Below are positions 17,512 to 25,701 of a stretch of 33,119 nucleotides of DNA, one piece after another. The notes under the pieces are model-generated. The model was not told the origin of the DNA and did no database searches. It saw only the letters and a list, made by a program, of their open reading frames with translations. A program made the translations under genes and the position numbers. Where the stretch lies: positions 1 through 33,119 of the forward strand of contig SLTF01000025.1 of NCBI GenBank assembly GCA_007130025.1, given 5' to 3'. The first letter of the stretch is position 1. Every line of letters begins with the position of its first letter. This stretch comes from Spirochaetales bacterium. Lineage in GTDB: Bacteria; Spirochaetota; Spirochaetia; DSM-27196; PWMO01.

Positions 17512-17828
17512 TCGCTACTCCCTTCGGCGCGTACCTCTTTACGAATGGTGTAGCCGCTGCTGTACGCGGAGTGCGCGATGGAATGGGTAGAGATAGGACT
17601 GGTGAGCAGCTCAAATACCAGAATGAGCAGCAACTTGAGCGAGAAAAAACTGAACCCCTGAATCAGCATGGCGCCGAAGATCAACGTGATGAACCCTACG
17701 GTGTCCACCTTCGCCGTGATCACCACGCGGGAGTAAAAATCGTGAAACGTCAATACGCTGTAGATGCCGATGGCCATGAAGACCAGGCTGATTCCCATCA
17801 GAATCTGTCCCGCGATCACGTTGATCAT
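17508..17828 (-). CDS. mrpG: Mrp/Mnh subunit G
   Basis: MINVIAGQILMGISLVFMAIGIYSVLTFHDFYSRVVITAKVDTVGFITLIFG...LTSPISTHSIAHSAY is an MnhG pattern. I chose the ATG at 17828 (ATGA overlap with mrpF). The 200-aa track ORF is an upstream extension. Confidence 0.85.
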   Translation of the reverse strand: MINVIAGQILMGISLVFMAIGIYSVLTFHDFYSRVVITAKVDTVGFITLIFGAMLIQGFSFFSLKLLLILVFELLTSPISTHSIAHSAYSSGYTIRKEVRAEGSSE

Positions 17829-18082
17829 TCTTCCTTCCTCTCGATGAATCGGGCGATCAGCACGCTGCCGATGTAACCGAGTAACGAGTAGACAATGGCG
17901 ATGTCGAGCAGAAAGGAGCGCTGAATAATCAGGGCAAAGACGATGATCGCCATGATGATCTTGGACGACACCAGGTTGAGCCCAAGAAGGCGGTCCCAGA
18001 TGGTGGGTCCGATAATCACCCGGGTGATTCCCCCGATGGTCAGCAATGCCAGAACGGCAAGCACTACCGCATAGAAGTTCAC
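17825..18082 (-). CDS. mrpF: Mrp/Mnh subunit F
   Basis: 85 aa. RVIIGPTIWDRLLGLNLVSSKIIM...DIAIVYSLLGYIGSVLIARF is the canonical MnhF pattern. Confidence 0.88.
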   Translation of the reverse strand: MNFYAVVLAVLALLTIGGITRVIIGPTIWDRLLGLNLVSSKIIMAIIVFALIIQRSFLLDIAIVYSLLGYIGSVLIARFIERKEE

Positions 18083-18570
18083 TGCCGTCCTCCGCTGATG
18101 AGGGATTCAAAGTTGAGCTTGATCTGGGGGCCGGCCTCTTCGGGGTCGGTGGTGGTACAGTCGATCCAGATGACCTTCAGGGTATCTCCTTTACGGTCGA
18201 GGGTCACGGTGCCGGGCGTCAGAGTGATCGAGTTGGCCAGCAGCGATATGTGGAAGTCGCTGGTGAGGCTGGTCTTCACGTCGACGATGCCGACGTTGAG
18301 CTTTCGGGTGAGTACGCGATAGACCGCCTGAACGCCGGCCACGTAGATCTGCACGATGAGCGAAGCGACGTATCGTAACGCCGTCCAGAACCCCAGTCGG
18401 TACGTCTCCTGGTAGTCGCCCCGCAGGACGTACCGGTCGGTGACCAGCATGGTCCCCAACCCGATCAGGGCGCCCATCAATACCGTGGTACCGTCGATCC
18501 GCTCTTCCAGGATAACCCAGACAACGGCGAACACAATCATCATTTTTACGTAGTGCAGCAGACGTTTCAT
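18079..18570 (-). CDS. mrpE: Mrp/Mnh subunit E
   Basis: [23 protein letters not shown]...[16 protein letters not shown]...LKVIWIDC is the MnhE pattern. The start is placed at ATG 18570, giving 163 aa, the usual size. No clear SD. The track ORF extends to a TTG at 18651. Confidence 0.8.
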   Translation of the reverse strand: MKRLLHYVKMMIVFAVVWVILEERIDGTTVLMGALIGLGTMLVTDRYVLRGDYQETYRLGFWTALRYVASLIVQIYVAGVQAVYRVLTRKLNVGIVDVKTSLTSDFHISLLANSITLTPGTVTLDRKGDTLKVIWIDCTTTDPEEAGPQIKLNFESLISGGRQ

Positions 18571-18731
18571 GCGCTGGGCTGAATATAGCAGATTCTTTCT
18601 GCGAGGGGGAACAGGAAAAACGTTGCAAAACCGCCGAGAATGTGGTACCAACCAAAGAACACTCGAAGAGTTGGTACAAGAACACTACCTGTCGTAAGAA
18701 CCGGTGCAGAAACACCGGGAAGGAGCCAGCG

Positions 18732-18893
18732 ATGCAGAAGTACGTTTGTGATGTATGTGGGTACATCTACGACCCGGCCGAGGGAGACCCTGACAACGGC
18801 GTCGACGCCGGAACCACCTTTGAAGCGCTCCCGGAAGACTGGGTCTGCCCGATGTGCGGTGCCGGGAAAGAGGACTTCTCTCCCGAAGATTAA
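18732..18893 (+). CDS. rubredoxin (53 aa)
   Basis: [52 protein letters not shown] has both CxxCG motifs. GGAAGGAG lies 6 nt upstream of the ATG at 18732. Confidence 0.95.
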   Translation: MQKYVCDVCGYIYDPAEGDPDNGVDAGTTFEALPEDWVCPMCGAGKEDFSPED

Positions 18894-18895
18894 TC

Positions 18896-19951
18896 CTACG
18901 CGTGGAGCGCGGCCTGCCGCTTGTAGTGGTCTTCGATCACGAGGCAGGCCATCGCTTCAACCACGGGGACAATCCGCGGACAGATGCAGACGTCGTGTCT
19001 GCCTTCCGTACGGATCTCCCGTTCTTCCCCTGCCACATTTACCGTGCGCTGAGGACGCGCGATCGAAGAGACCGGTTTCACCGGAACCCGAAACACGATG
19101 TCGGCACCGGTTGAGATTCCGCCAATGATGCCGCCGGCGTTGTTGGTCAGGAAGCCGTCTGCCGACATCTGGTCGTTGTGCTCGCTCCCCGTCATATCAG
19201 CCACGCGAAATCCTGCACCAAACTCTATGCCCTTCACCGCGCCAATCGAGAGCATGGCGTGCGCAAGTTCAGCGTCGAGCTTGTCAAACACCGGCTCGCC
19301 AAGGCCGGCCACGACGCCGGAAATGCGACACTCTACAATGCCACCAACGCTGTCGAGCTCGTCCTTGCGAAGCGCAATGTGCTCCATCATTCGCTCCGCG
19401 GCCTGCATGTCGCACGCCCGCAGGAGATTCTTCTCGATTACCTCGGGATCGAAGGATTCGCAGGAGATCCCGCCCGCTTTGACGGTATAGGCCAGAACCG
19501 ACACGCCGCGTCGAGCGAGTAGCTTGCGGGCCACCGCACCTGCCGCAACGCGCCCCGACGTCTCGCGTCCGGAGGCGCGTCCGCTGCCTCGCCAGTCGCG
19601 CATTCCATACTTCTTCAGGTAGGTGTAGTCCGCGTGGCCGGGGCGGAAGAGCTCCTTGATGCTGTCGTAGGCTGAGGGATCGGCATCCGAGTTGTAGAGA
19701 ATCATCATCATGGGGGTGCCGGTTGCCTTCCCTTCAAAGTACCCCGAGACAATGTGAACCGTATCCGGCTCGTTCCGCGGAGTGGTGATGAAGGACTGCC
19801 CCGGTTTTCGGCGGTCGAGTTGAACCTGAACCTCTTCGGTGGAGATTTCAAGGCCCGGAGTGACGCCGTCGACGATAACCCCCACGGCGCCTCCGTGCGA
19901 TTCTCCAAAGGTGGTGATCCGAAACGCGTGCCCGAATGTGCTGCCTGACAT
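18896..19951 (-). CDS. aroC: chorismate synthase
   Basis: MSGSTFGHAFRITTFGESHGGAVGVIVDG...RRKPGQS...RPGHADYTY..KYG..D.RGGGRSSARET-like motifs. 351 aa from the ATG at 19951. The 459-aa track ORF is an extension running into aroK. Confidence 0.95.
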   Translation of the reverse strand: MSGSTFGHAFRITTFGESHGGAVGVIVDGVTPGLEISTEEVQVQLDRRKPGQSFITTPRNEPDTVHIVSGYFEGKATGTPMMMILYNSDADPSAYDSIKELFRPGHADYTYLKKYGMRDWRGSGRASGRETSGRVAAGAVARKLLARRGVSVLAYTVKAGGISCESFDPEVIEKNLLRACDMQAAERMMEHIALRKDELDSVGGIVECRISGVVAGLGEPVFDKLDAELAHAMLSIGAVKGIEFGAGFRVADMTGSEHNDQMSADGFLTNNAGGIIGGISTGADIVFRVPVKPVSSIARPQRTVNVAGEEREIRTEGRHDVCICPRIVPVVEAMACLVIEDHYKRQAALHA

Positions 19952-19955
19952 GAAG

Positions 19956-20504
19956 TTACCCCTGTACGATTCGGACCAGCAGATCCACGCTCGCTGCCGG
20001 GTCCAGGTTTTGAATATCGGCGATCTGGTCTGCTCGTTGTCGATACGCCGTATCGCGCCGGCGAAACAGTTCCGCAAACGCAGCGCGCGGGTCGTCACCC
20101 CGCAGAAAGGGCGGGATGCCTCGACGGACGATCCGGCGGAAGAGAACAGCTTCGTCCTGCAGAAGATACAGAAAAAGCCCGGTATCGGCCAAGCGTTCCA
20201 TCGCCGGTTCGTTGTCGATTGTGCCGCCGCCGAGGGCAACCACATCCGGGGTGCGAAGCGTGGCGGGGTGAGCAATCACGGCGGCTGCTTCCGCCTCCAG
20301 CTCCTGGAATCCCGCCGGACCAAGCTGTTCGTAGATCTCTCTTACGGACGCCGGTGGGCCAAACGAATCGCGCGCGAAGAGATCCATGATGGTTGTATCG
20401 AGGTCCAGGAATGCGCGGTCGAGCCGCTCAGCGAGGAGTTCGCCGAGGGTGCTCTTCCCCGAGTGCTTGACGCCCATGAGGTAGATGCGTGAAGGCAGGC
20501 TCAC
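19956..20504 (-). CDS. aroK: shikimate kinase
   Basis: VSLPSRIYLMGVKHSGKSTLGELLAERLDRAFLDLD...ALGGGTI. The P-loop precedes the first ATG, so the start is placed at the GTG at 20504. That GTG overlaps the upstream gene's TGA (GTGA). The gene ends 4 nt before aroC. Confidence 0.85.
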   Translation of the reverse strand: MSLPSRIYLMGVKHSGKSTLGELLAERLDRAFLDLDTTIMDLFARDSFGPPASVREIYEQLGPAGFQELEAEAAAVIAHPATLRTPDVVALGGGTIDNEPAMERLADTGLFLYLLQDEAVLFRRIVRRGIPPFLRGDDPRAAFAELFRRRDTAYRQRADQIADIQNLDPAASVDLLVRIVQG

Positions 20505-21250
20505 GACGGAATGCTCCGCCTCAGGGGCACCGGCGAACGGCGATGATCCATGAATCGCAGATCCACGTGTACCGTGCGGCGAACGAAGAGAAACCCTCCG
20601 TCCGCGCGTACGCGAACTTCGGTGGTGAACCAGCCGGCGTCGTTGACCGCGAAATCCTGCTCCACAGTCATCTCGCGCACGAAGCGCGGCAGAGGAGTGA
20701 CCGATGCTCGCAGGGCGATAGGGTGCCCGGTCTGTGGATTGAGCCACGCGGTACCGGAAATGGTATGTTCCGCGCCGGTCTGGGTGTAGCGGTACTCAAC
20801 CGCCGGTGAGCCGCCCGGCGCACGCGCGGTCCCGACACGAACAAACGACACGGTGTTCTGAATGAGGGGATCAAAGGGGCTCTGCTCCACTGCCGCCATT
20901 GATGCCGCGCGCCCCTCATTGCCGGCATCCTGCGCATCGGAGCCAAAGAGCGGGTTCCCGGTTTCAAGGGATGCGGGGTCGAGCTCGCGACCGTCTTCGC
21001 GCGCTCGCAACAGGCGCGAAGCGAACTCACCGGTATCCGTGACCGAGACGGCAACCTCGATCTCGCGATGCGATCGGCGCACTCCCCGTCCGTCAAACTC
21101 CGCGGACTCGGTCTGCATCCGGGAAGCGTAGACGTCACGGTTCTGTTCAAAGTGCGAGACCGCCGCACTCCAGAGCGAATCGGCGGCAAGCGGCGATACG
21201 ACCACCTGCACGCAGATAGCCATCAGCGAAACAAAAAGAGCACGATGCAT
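20501..21250 (-). CDS. secreted protein of unknown function (about 249 aa)
   Basis: MHRALFVSLMAICVQVVVSPLAADS is a signal peptide. GGAG lies 8 nt upstream of the ATG at 21250, and a GTG at 21259 is an alternative start. The body is beta-rich and I recognise no family. Confidence 0.7.
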   Translation of the reverse strand: MHRALFVSLMAICVQVVVSPLAADSLWSAAVSHFEQNRDVYASRMQTESAEFDGRGVRRSHREIEVAVSVTDTGEFASRLLRAREDGRELDPASLETGNPLFGSDAQDAGNEGRAASMAAVEQSPFDPLIQNTVSFVRVGTARAPGGSPAVEYRYTQTGAEHTISGTAWLNPQTGHPIALRASVTPLPRFVREMTVEQDFAVNDAGWFTTEVRVRADGGFLFVRRTVHVDLRFMDHRRSPVPLRRSIPS

Positions 21251-21274
21251 TCGGGACACTCCGTGGTGCCGATA

Positions 21275-23317
21275 CTATCGCGCGGCCACCTCGATTTCAA
21301 CCAGGGGAGCGGGACGGGCGATTTCGTAGCCCTGTACGTAGTTCACACCAATTCCGGCAAGCTTCTGTTTGACGGATGCCGAGGTGACAAACTCTGCGAT
21401 GGTTTTCATCCCCATGACGTGGCCAATACGGTGAATGGCCTCCACCATGGCCAGGCTGATCGGGTCGGTATCCACATCGCGAACAAACGAGCCGTCGATC
21501 TTGAGGTAGTCGACCGGAAGATTCTTGAGGTAGGCAAACGAGGTGAACCCGTTGCCAAAGTCGTCCAGGGCAAACGACACTCCGAGCTGCCGGAGCCGGT
21601 TCATGAAGCCAACTGCCCGGGAGAGGCTTTCGATGGCGGTTGTCTCGGTTACTTCAAAGCAGAAGAGCCCGGGATCGAGTTCCGATTCGTGGAAGGCCGA
21701 GACCACATAGTCGAGGAACGCCTCGTCTTTGATCGATGCACCGGATATGTTGATGCAGATCGTTCCACCCGGCTCCGGGCGGAGGGTTCCGCAGCGAATC
21801 TTCCCAATTACCGCGTTGAGCACCCATCGATCGATTACCGGCATGAGGTTGTAACGCTCCGCCGCGGGGATGAAGTCTCCCGGACTGACGAGGCTTCCGT
21901 CTTCCTCGCGAAGGCGGATCAGGATTTCGGTTTTGTTCGGATTAATGGGATCGATGGAAACGATCGGTTGGGCAAAGAGGACAAAGCGGTCCTCCTCGAG
22001 CGCGTGGGTAAGCCGGCTGATCCACTGCATCTCGCCGCGGCGCTTGAGGAAGGTGTAATCCGTTGTCTCATATACCTTGACGGTATTCCCACCCTCTTCC
22101 TTCGCGACGTAGCACGCGTCGTCGGCCGCTGCCAGCAGTTCGTAGACGTCTCCGCCGCCGGGAGGAATCGGTACCAGTCCCATACTCGCGGTAATGGTGA
22201 AGCTGTTCTGGTGCCAGATGAATTTTCGATTGAGCTTTGCCAGCAGCGCCACCGCACGCTCTACCCCCTGCTGCGCCGGCAGGTCGCCGAAGATGAGGCC
22301 AAACTCATCACCGCCGAGACGACCAACTATGTGGTGCTTCTCGACACTCTCAATGATTACCGCACCGATCTGCCGAAGCAGCTCGTCCCCGGCAATATGG
22401 CCGCAGACATCGTTGATGACCTTGAATTGATCGAGGTCGATGTAGAGGAAGACCCCTTCGCCGGAGCGCGCGGCTCCTTCGAGTCTGGCAAAAAATTCGT
22501 CGCGGTTGATCAGGCCCGTGAGGATATCGTGACTTGCCTGGTAGACGATGATATCGGACATCTTCTTGGCGTCGGTGACGTCTCGAAACGCGATCGTGCG
22601 TCCTTCACCGCTCTCGGATGAGTCGTGAATGGCCGAGACGGTGCCCTCAATCTGAACGCGCGCACCCTGCTTGTTTTTGATGTTTACATCTTCGAAGTAG
22701 AGGTTTTCACTTCGTGACCCCCCGTGAGCTGAGGGAAGCTGCACCCGCAGCCCGCTGTTGGAGTCATAGAGGCCAAACACGTCTGCGAGTGGCATTCCGT
22801 GGGCCTGCTCGTCGGTCCAGCCGGTGAGCGCTTCGGCGACAGGATTCAGGAACTGAATCCTGTCGTTTTCGTCGGTGGCAATGATTCCGTCGGCCACGCT
22901 GTTGAGAATGGCGGCCAGTTGCCGCTCGTGCTGCTTGACCGCGCGGTGAAGGCGGCTCTTGTGCAGCGCCATGTCGATGGTGGTGTAGAGCTCGCGCTCC
23001 TTGAACGGTTTCAGTACGTAGCCGTACGGCTCGGCTGCCTTTGCACGCTCCAGGGTGCGCTCGTCGGCATAGGCAGTGAGGAAGATCACGGGGATCCGGG
23101 CGCGTTCGCGGATGGCAAGTGCTGCGTCAATTCCATCCGTCTCTCCCGACAGCATGATGTCCATCAGGATGATGTCGGGAAGGAGCTCGTGTGCAAGCTC
23201 AATTGCGCGCTCGGCAGTAGAGGCAACCCCGGCAACCTGGTACCCGAACTTCTCCAGGCGGCGTTGAAGGTCTATTGCGATGATGCGTTCATCCTCGACA
23301 ATCAGGATTCGATCCAT
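21275..23317 (-). CDS. response regulator with REC-PAS-GGDEF-EAL architecture (c-di-GMP turnover)
   Basis: REC: ILIVEDE...DIILMDIMLSG...KPF. PAS: LAAILNSVADGIIATDENDRIQFLNPVAEALTGW. GGDEF: GRLGGDEFGLI, with no RxxD I-site 5 residues upstream. EAL domain: EILIRL, FEVTE, DDFGNGFTSFAYLKNLPVDYLKIDGSF, QGY. Confidence 0.92.
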   Translation of the reverse strand: MDRILIVEDERIIAIDLQRRLEKFGYQVAGVASTAERAIELAHELLPDIILMDIMLSGETDGIDAALAIRERARIPVIFLTAYADERTLERAKAAEPYGYVLKPFKERELYTTIDMALHKSRLHRAVKQHERQLAAILNSVADGIIATDENDRIQFLNPVAEALTGWTDEQAHGMPLADVFGLYDSNSGLRVQLPSAHGGSRSENLYFEDVNIKNKQGARVQIEGTVSAIHDSSESGEGRTIAFRDVTDAKKMSDIIVYQASHDILTGLINRDEFFARLEGAARSGEGVFLYIDLDQFKVINDVCGHIAGDELLRQIGAVIIESVEKHHIVGRLGGDEFGLIFGDLPAQQGVERAVALLAKLNRKFIWHQNSFTITASMGLVPIPPGGGDVYELLAAADDACYVAKEEGGNTVKVYETTDYTFLKRRGEMQWISRLTHALEEDRFVLFAQPIVSIDPINPNKTEILIRLREEDGSLVSPGDFIPAAERYNLMPVIDRWVLNAVIGKIRCGTLRPEPGGTICINISGASIKDEAFLDYVVSAFHESELDPGLFCFEVTETTAIESLSRAVGFMNRLRQLGVSFALDDFGNGFTSFAYLKNLPVDYLKIDGSFVRDVDTDPISLAMVEAIHRIGHVMGMKTIAEFVTSASVKQKLAGIGVNYVQGYEIARPAPLVEIEVAAR

Positions 23318-23360
23318 TGCCTATACCTGTCGCCCGTTTCCATAAATTCGCATAGTAACG

Positions 23361-23389
23361 ATGTTAGCATTATTGGAGTAAAAAAGCAA
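23361..23389 (-). promoter_or_regulatory. putative promoter of the response-regulator operon
   Basis: The minus strand reads TTGCTT (23389-23384), 17-nt spacer, TAACAT (23366-23361). It lies between the nqr terminator and the ATG at 23317. Confidence 0.3.
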
Positions 23390-23409
23390 TAGAAGTTTTC
23401 GCGGGGGGC

Positions 23410-23449
23410 AAAAAAAACGCGCGCGCTTCCGAGGAAGCTTCGCGCGCGC
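23410..23449 (-). terminator. rho-independent terminator ending the nqr transcription unit
   Basis: The minus-strand RNA has a GC-rich stem CGCGCGC(GAA)GCUUCC..GGAAGCGCGCGCG (about 12-13 bp with a 3-nt bulge) followed by U8. It begins 26 nt after the stop of the 154-aa ORF. Confidence 0.85.
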
Positions 23450-23474
23450 TCAACGGCGGCTCGAGCCGCTCCGC

Positions 23475-23939
23475 TTACAGCTGAAGCACCCGCTTCAACC
23501 GCTCCGGGTCCATACGGAATGCGGCACCTGCTCCCTGCATGAAGTGATACTTCTCCAGGAGGTGCATGCCGAGCTCCGAGAAGAGAATCGATTCGCCGGT
23601 CGGCGCGCCGTTCTGTATCAGCTCGACCTGGGCGTTGACCTTGCGAAAGATCCCATCTTCAAAGGGAGAGGGGAGGAAGCCGCGCGCCTCGCTGACGCGG
23701 ACAATCCAGTTTCCGTCAACGGTGACGGGCTCTTCCAGCCCCTTCCGGCCCTCTTCCATGAGGTGGCGCATCCGGGCAATCGCCTCCTCGAAGCTGACGC
23801 CGAGGGTTTCCATGGTCGCCTCGTCGTCCGCGATAATGTCGACGATGGGCCGTTTGTCATTACCGAGGAAGCCGTCGGCGGTAATCACGCCGGGTTGCAT
23901 GTTTGCCTGCGCCTTGCTGTATTCCGGAGACATCTTCAT
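23475..23939 (-). CDS. hypothetical soluble protein (154 aa), last gene of the nqr transcription unit
   Basis: GAGGTG lies 5 nt upstream of the ATG at 23939, 15 nt after the nqrF stop, and the terminator follows. There is no Cys, no TM segment and no motif I recognise. High GC3 supports real coding sequence. Confidence 0.75.
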   Translation of the reverse strand: MKMSPEYSKAQANMQPGVITADGFLGNDKRPIVDIIADDEATMETLGVSFEEAIARMRHLMEEGRKGLEEPVTVDGNWIVRVSEARGFLPSPFEDGIFRKVNAQVELIQNGAPTGESILFSELGMHLLEKYHFMQGAGAAFRMDPERLKRVLQL

Positions 23940-23954
23940 AACGGCACCTCGTGG

Positions 23955-25079
23955 TTACGCAAATTTATCAAAGTAGATCTTGTCTTCGGTCATGCCGTGT
24001 TCGCGCATGACGGCCATGCACGCGTCGAGCATACCCGGGCTTCCACACAGATACCCCTCTTTGGGTTTCTCCTGCGAGATCTCTTCCTTCAGGTACCGGC
24101 CGAGGACCTCGGTGATGAGGCCGGTCTCGCCTTTCCATTCGTCTTCGGGCTGGGGCTCGGACAGCGCGGCCACGAAGTGGAACCGCTCGTGCTCGTTCTG
24201 CATCTTCTCCAGCTCGTCGAGGTAAAAAAGATCCTTCTTGGTACGGGCGCCGAAGAAGTACCAGATGTCCCGGTCCTTCATCTTGTCTTTCTCGATGAAG
24301 TCATAGAAGATCGACTTGAAGGGCGCCATACCGGAGCCGCCTGCCACACAGATCATTGTAGCATCGGTTTCCCGAACATAAAACTCCCCAAACGGCGCGA
24401 TCACCTTCATTTTTTCGCCCTCTTTCAGGCGGTCGTGGACGTAGGTGGTCACAATCCCACCGGGCACCAGGCGGACAAGAAACTCCACGTGGTTTGTGTC
24501 GCTGGGGACGGAGGACATGCTGTACGCGCGCTGGGTACGGTCCTTCACCTTGTCGTAGGGGGGCACTTCGATCTGGCCGTACTGACCCGCCCGGAAGTCA
24601 ACCGTCTGCCCCTCGTCGAGTTTGAAGTACACTTCCTTGATGTCGTGGGTAACGTCGCGGATTCGCTCCACGGTACCGGTGTACTGCTTGATCTTGAACA
24701 GATACTCCGGGATTTCAATGCCGATGTCCGCCTTCAACTTGACCTGACAGGAGAGCCGTACGTTGTTCTGGATCTGCTCCTTGTTGAGATAGGGGAGCTC
24801 GGTGGGAAGGTGGGGACCGACGTCCGAGTTCACCTTCACCTTACACTCTCCGCAGCTGCCACGGCCGCCGCAGGCAGACGGCACGAAGATGCCGCTTTCC
24901 GCCAGGGTGACCAGAAGATTGGCCCCGCCGTTGACTTCCAGTTTCTTGGAACCGGAATTGACGTCAATCGTTACCTCGCCGTAGTTGTTGACGATACGGT
25001 CGGTGATCGAAATCAGGGCGGCAAGTGCGGCGCTGATGCCGGATACGGCCAGCGGCGCGACAAAATAGGCAAGGTTCAA
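23955..25079 (-). CDS. nqrF: Na+-translocating NADH:quinone reductase subunit F-type (TM helix, 2Fe-2S ferredoxin, FAD/NADH domain)
   Basis: 374 aa. The TTG start at 25079 has AAGGAG 7 nt upstream. Motifs: SACGGRGSCGECKV...C (2Fe-2S), RAYSMSS (FAD RxYS), VAGGSGMAPF (NAD), CGSPGM. Confidence 0.9.
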   Translation of the reverse strand: MNLAYFVAPLAVSGISAALAALISITDRIVNNYGEVTIDVNSGSKKLEVNGGANLLVTLAESGIFVPSACGGRGSCGECKVKVNSDVGPHLPTELPYLNKEQIQNNVRLSCQVKLKADIGIEIPEYLFKIKQYTGTVERIRDVTHDIKEVYFKLDEGQTVDFRAGQYGQIEVPPYDKVKDRTQRAYSMSSVPSDTNHVEFLVRLVPGGIVTTYVHDRLKEGEKMKVIAPFGEFYVRETDATMICVAGGSGMAPFKSIFYDFIEKDKMKDRDIWYFFGARTKKDLFYLDELEKMQNEHERFHFVAALSEPQPEDEWKGETGLITEVLGRYLKEEISQEKPKEGYLCGSPGMLDACMAVMREHGMTEDKIYFDKFA

Positions 25080-25097
25080 AGCGGTACTCCTTTCTCG

Positions 25098-25691
25098 TTA
25101 CTGGACCTGCAGGAGGCCCGCAAAGCCAATGAAGGCCATCGCCATGAAGCCGATGGTGATAAACGTCAGTCCCGCGCCCTGAAGGCCCGCGTGCACCTTG
25201 GACTTCTCAGTCTTTTTGCGGATGGCCGAAAGCGCCATGATGGCGAGCCACCACCCGAGGCCGGATCCAAAGCCGTAGATTGCCGACTGCACGAAGTTGT
25301 ACTGACGGATCTCCATGAAGAGCGACACACCCAGGATGGCGCAGTTAACCGTGATCAGCGGCAGGAAGATGCCGAGGCTCAGGTAGAGTGTCTGCGAGAC
25401 CCGGTCGATGATCATTTCCAGCATCTGTACCACCGAGGCGATCACGATGATGAAGACAATGAACCGCAGGTAGACCAGGTCAAGCGGAACGAGGACGTAA
25501 TTCAACACCACCCAGTTCAGCGCGGTTGTGATGGTGAGCACCACTACGACAGCCAGGCCGAGCCCGTTTGCCGACTTGGAATCTTTGGAGATGGCGATGA
25601 AGGAGCACATCCCCAGGAAGTTGGCGAGGAGGATGTTGCTGGTGAAGATCGACGCAAAAAAGAGCGAAATTGGATGAATTGCTGGTGCCAT
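25098..25691 (-). CDS. nqrE: Na+-NQR subunit E-type
   Basis: 197 aa from the ATG at 25691, with AAGGAG upstream. NILLANFLGMCSFIAISK and LPLITVNCAILG are NqrE-type rather than RnfA GLCPF-type. Confidence 0.9.
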   Translation of the reverse strand: MAPAIHPISLFFASIFTSNILLANFLGMCSFIAISKDSKSANGLGLAVVVVLTITTALNWVVLNYVLVPLDLVYLRFIVFIIVIASVVQMLEMIIDRVSQTLYLSLGIFLPLITVNCAILGVSLFMEIRQYNFVQSAIYGFGSGLGWWLAIMALSAIRKKTEKSKVHAGLQGAGLTFITIGFMAMAFIGFAGLLQVQ

Positions 25692-25701
25692 GCTGTGCTC
25701 C

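Noticed and set aside
19952-20747. Long N-terminal extensions of the aroC (to 20275) and aroK (to 20747) track ORFs
   Set aside because: The extensions overlap the neighbouring real genes and have R/S/A-rich nonsense composition. Family N termini (MSGSTFG for AroC, the P-loop region for AroK) define much shorter genes.
21068-22621. 517-aa ORF on the plus strand
   Set aside because: It is antisense to the REC-PAS-GGDEF-EAL gene. It is a shadow frame.
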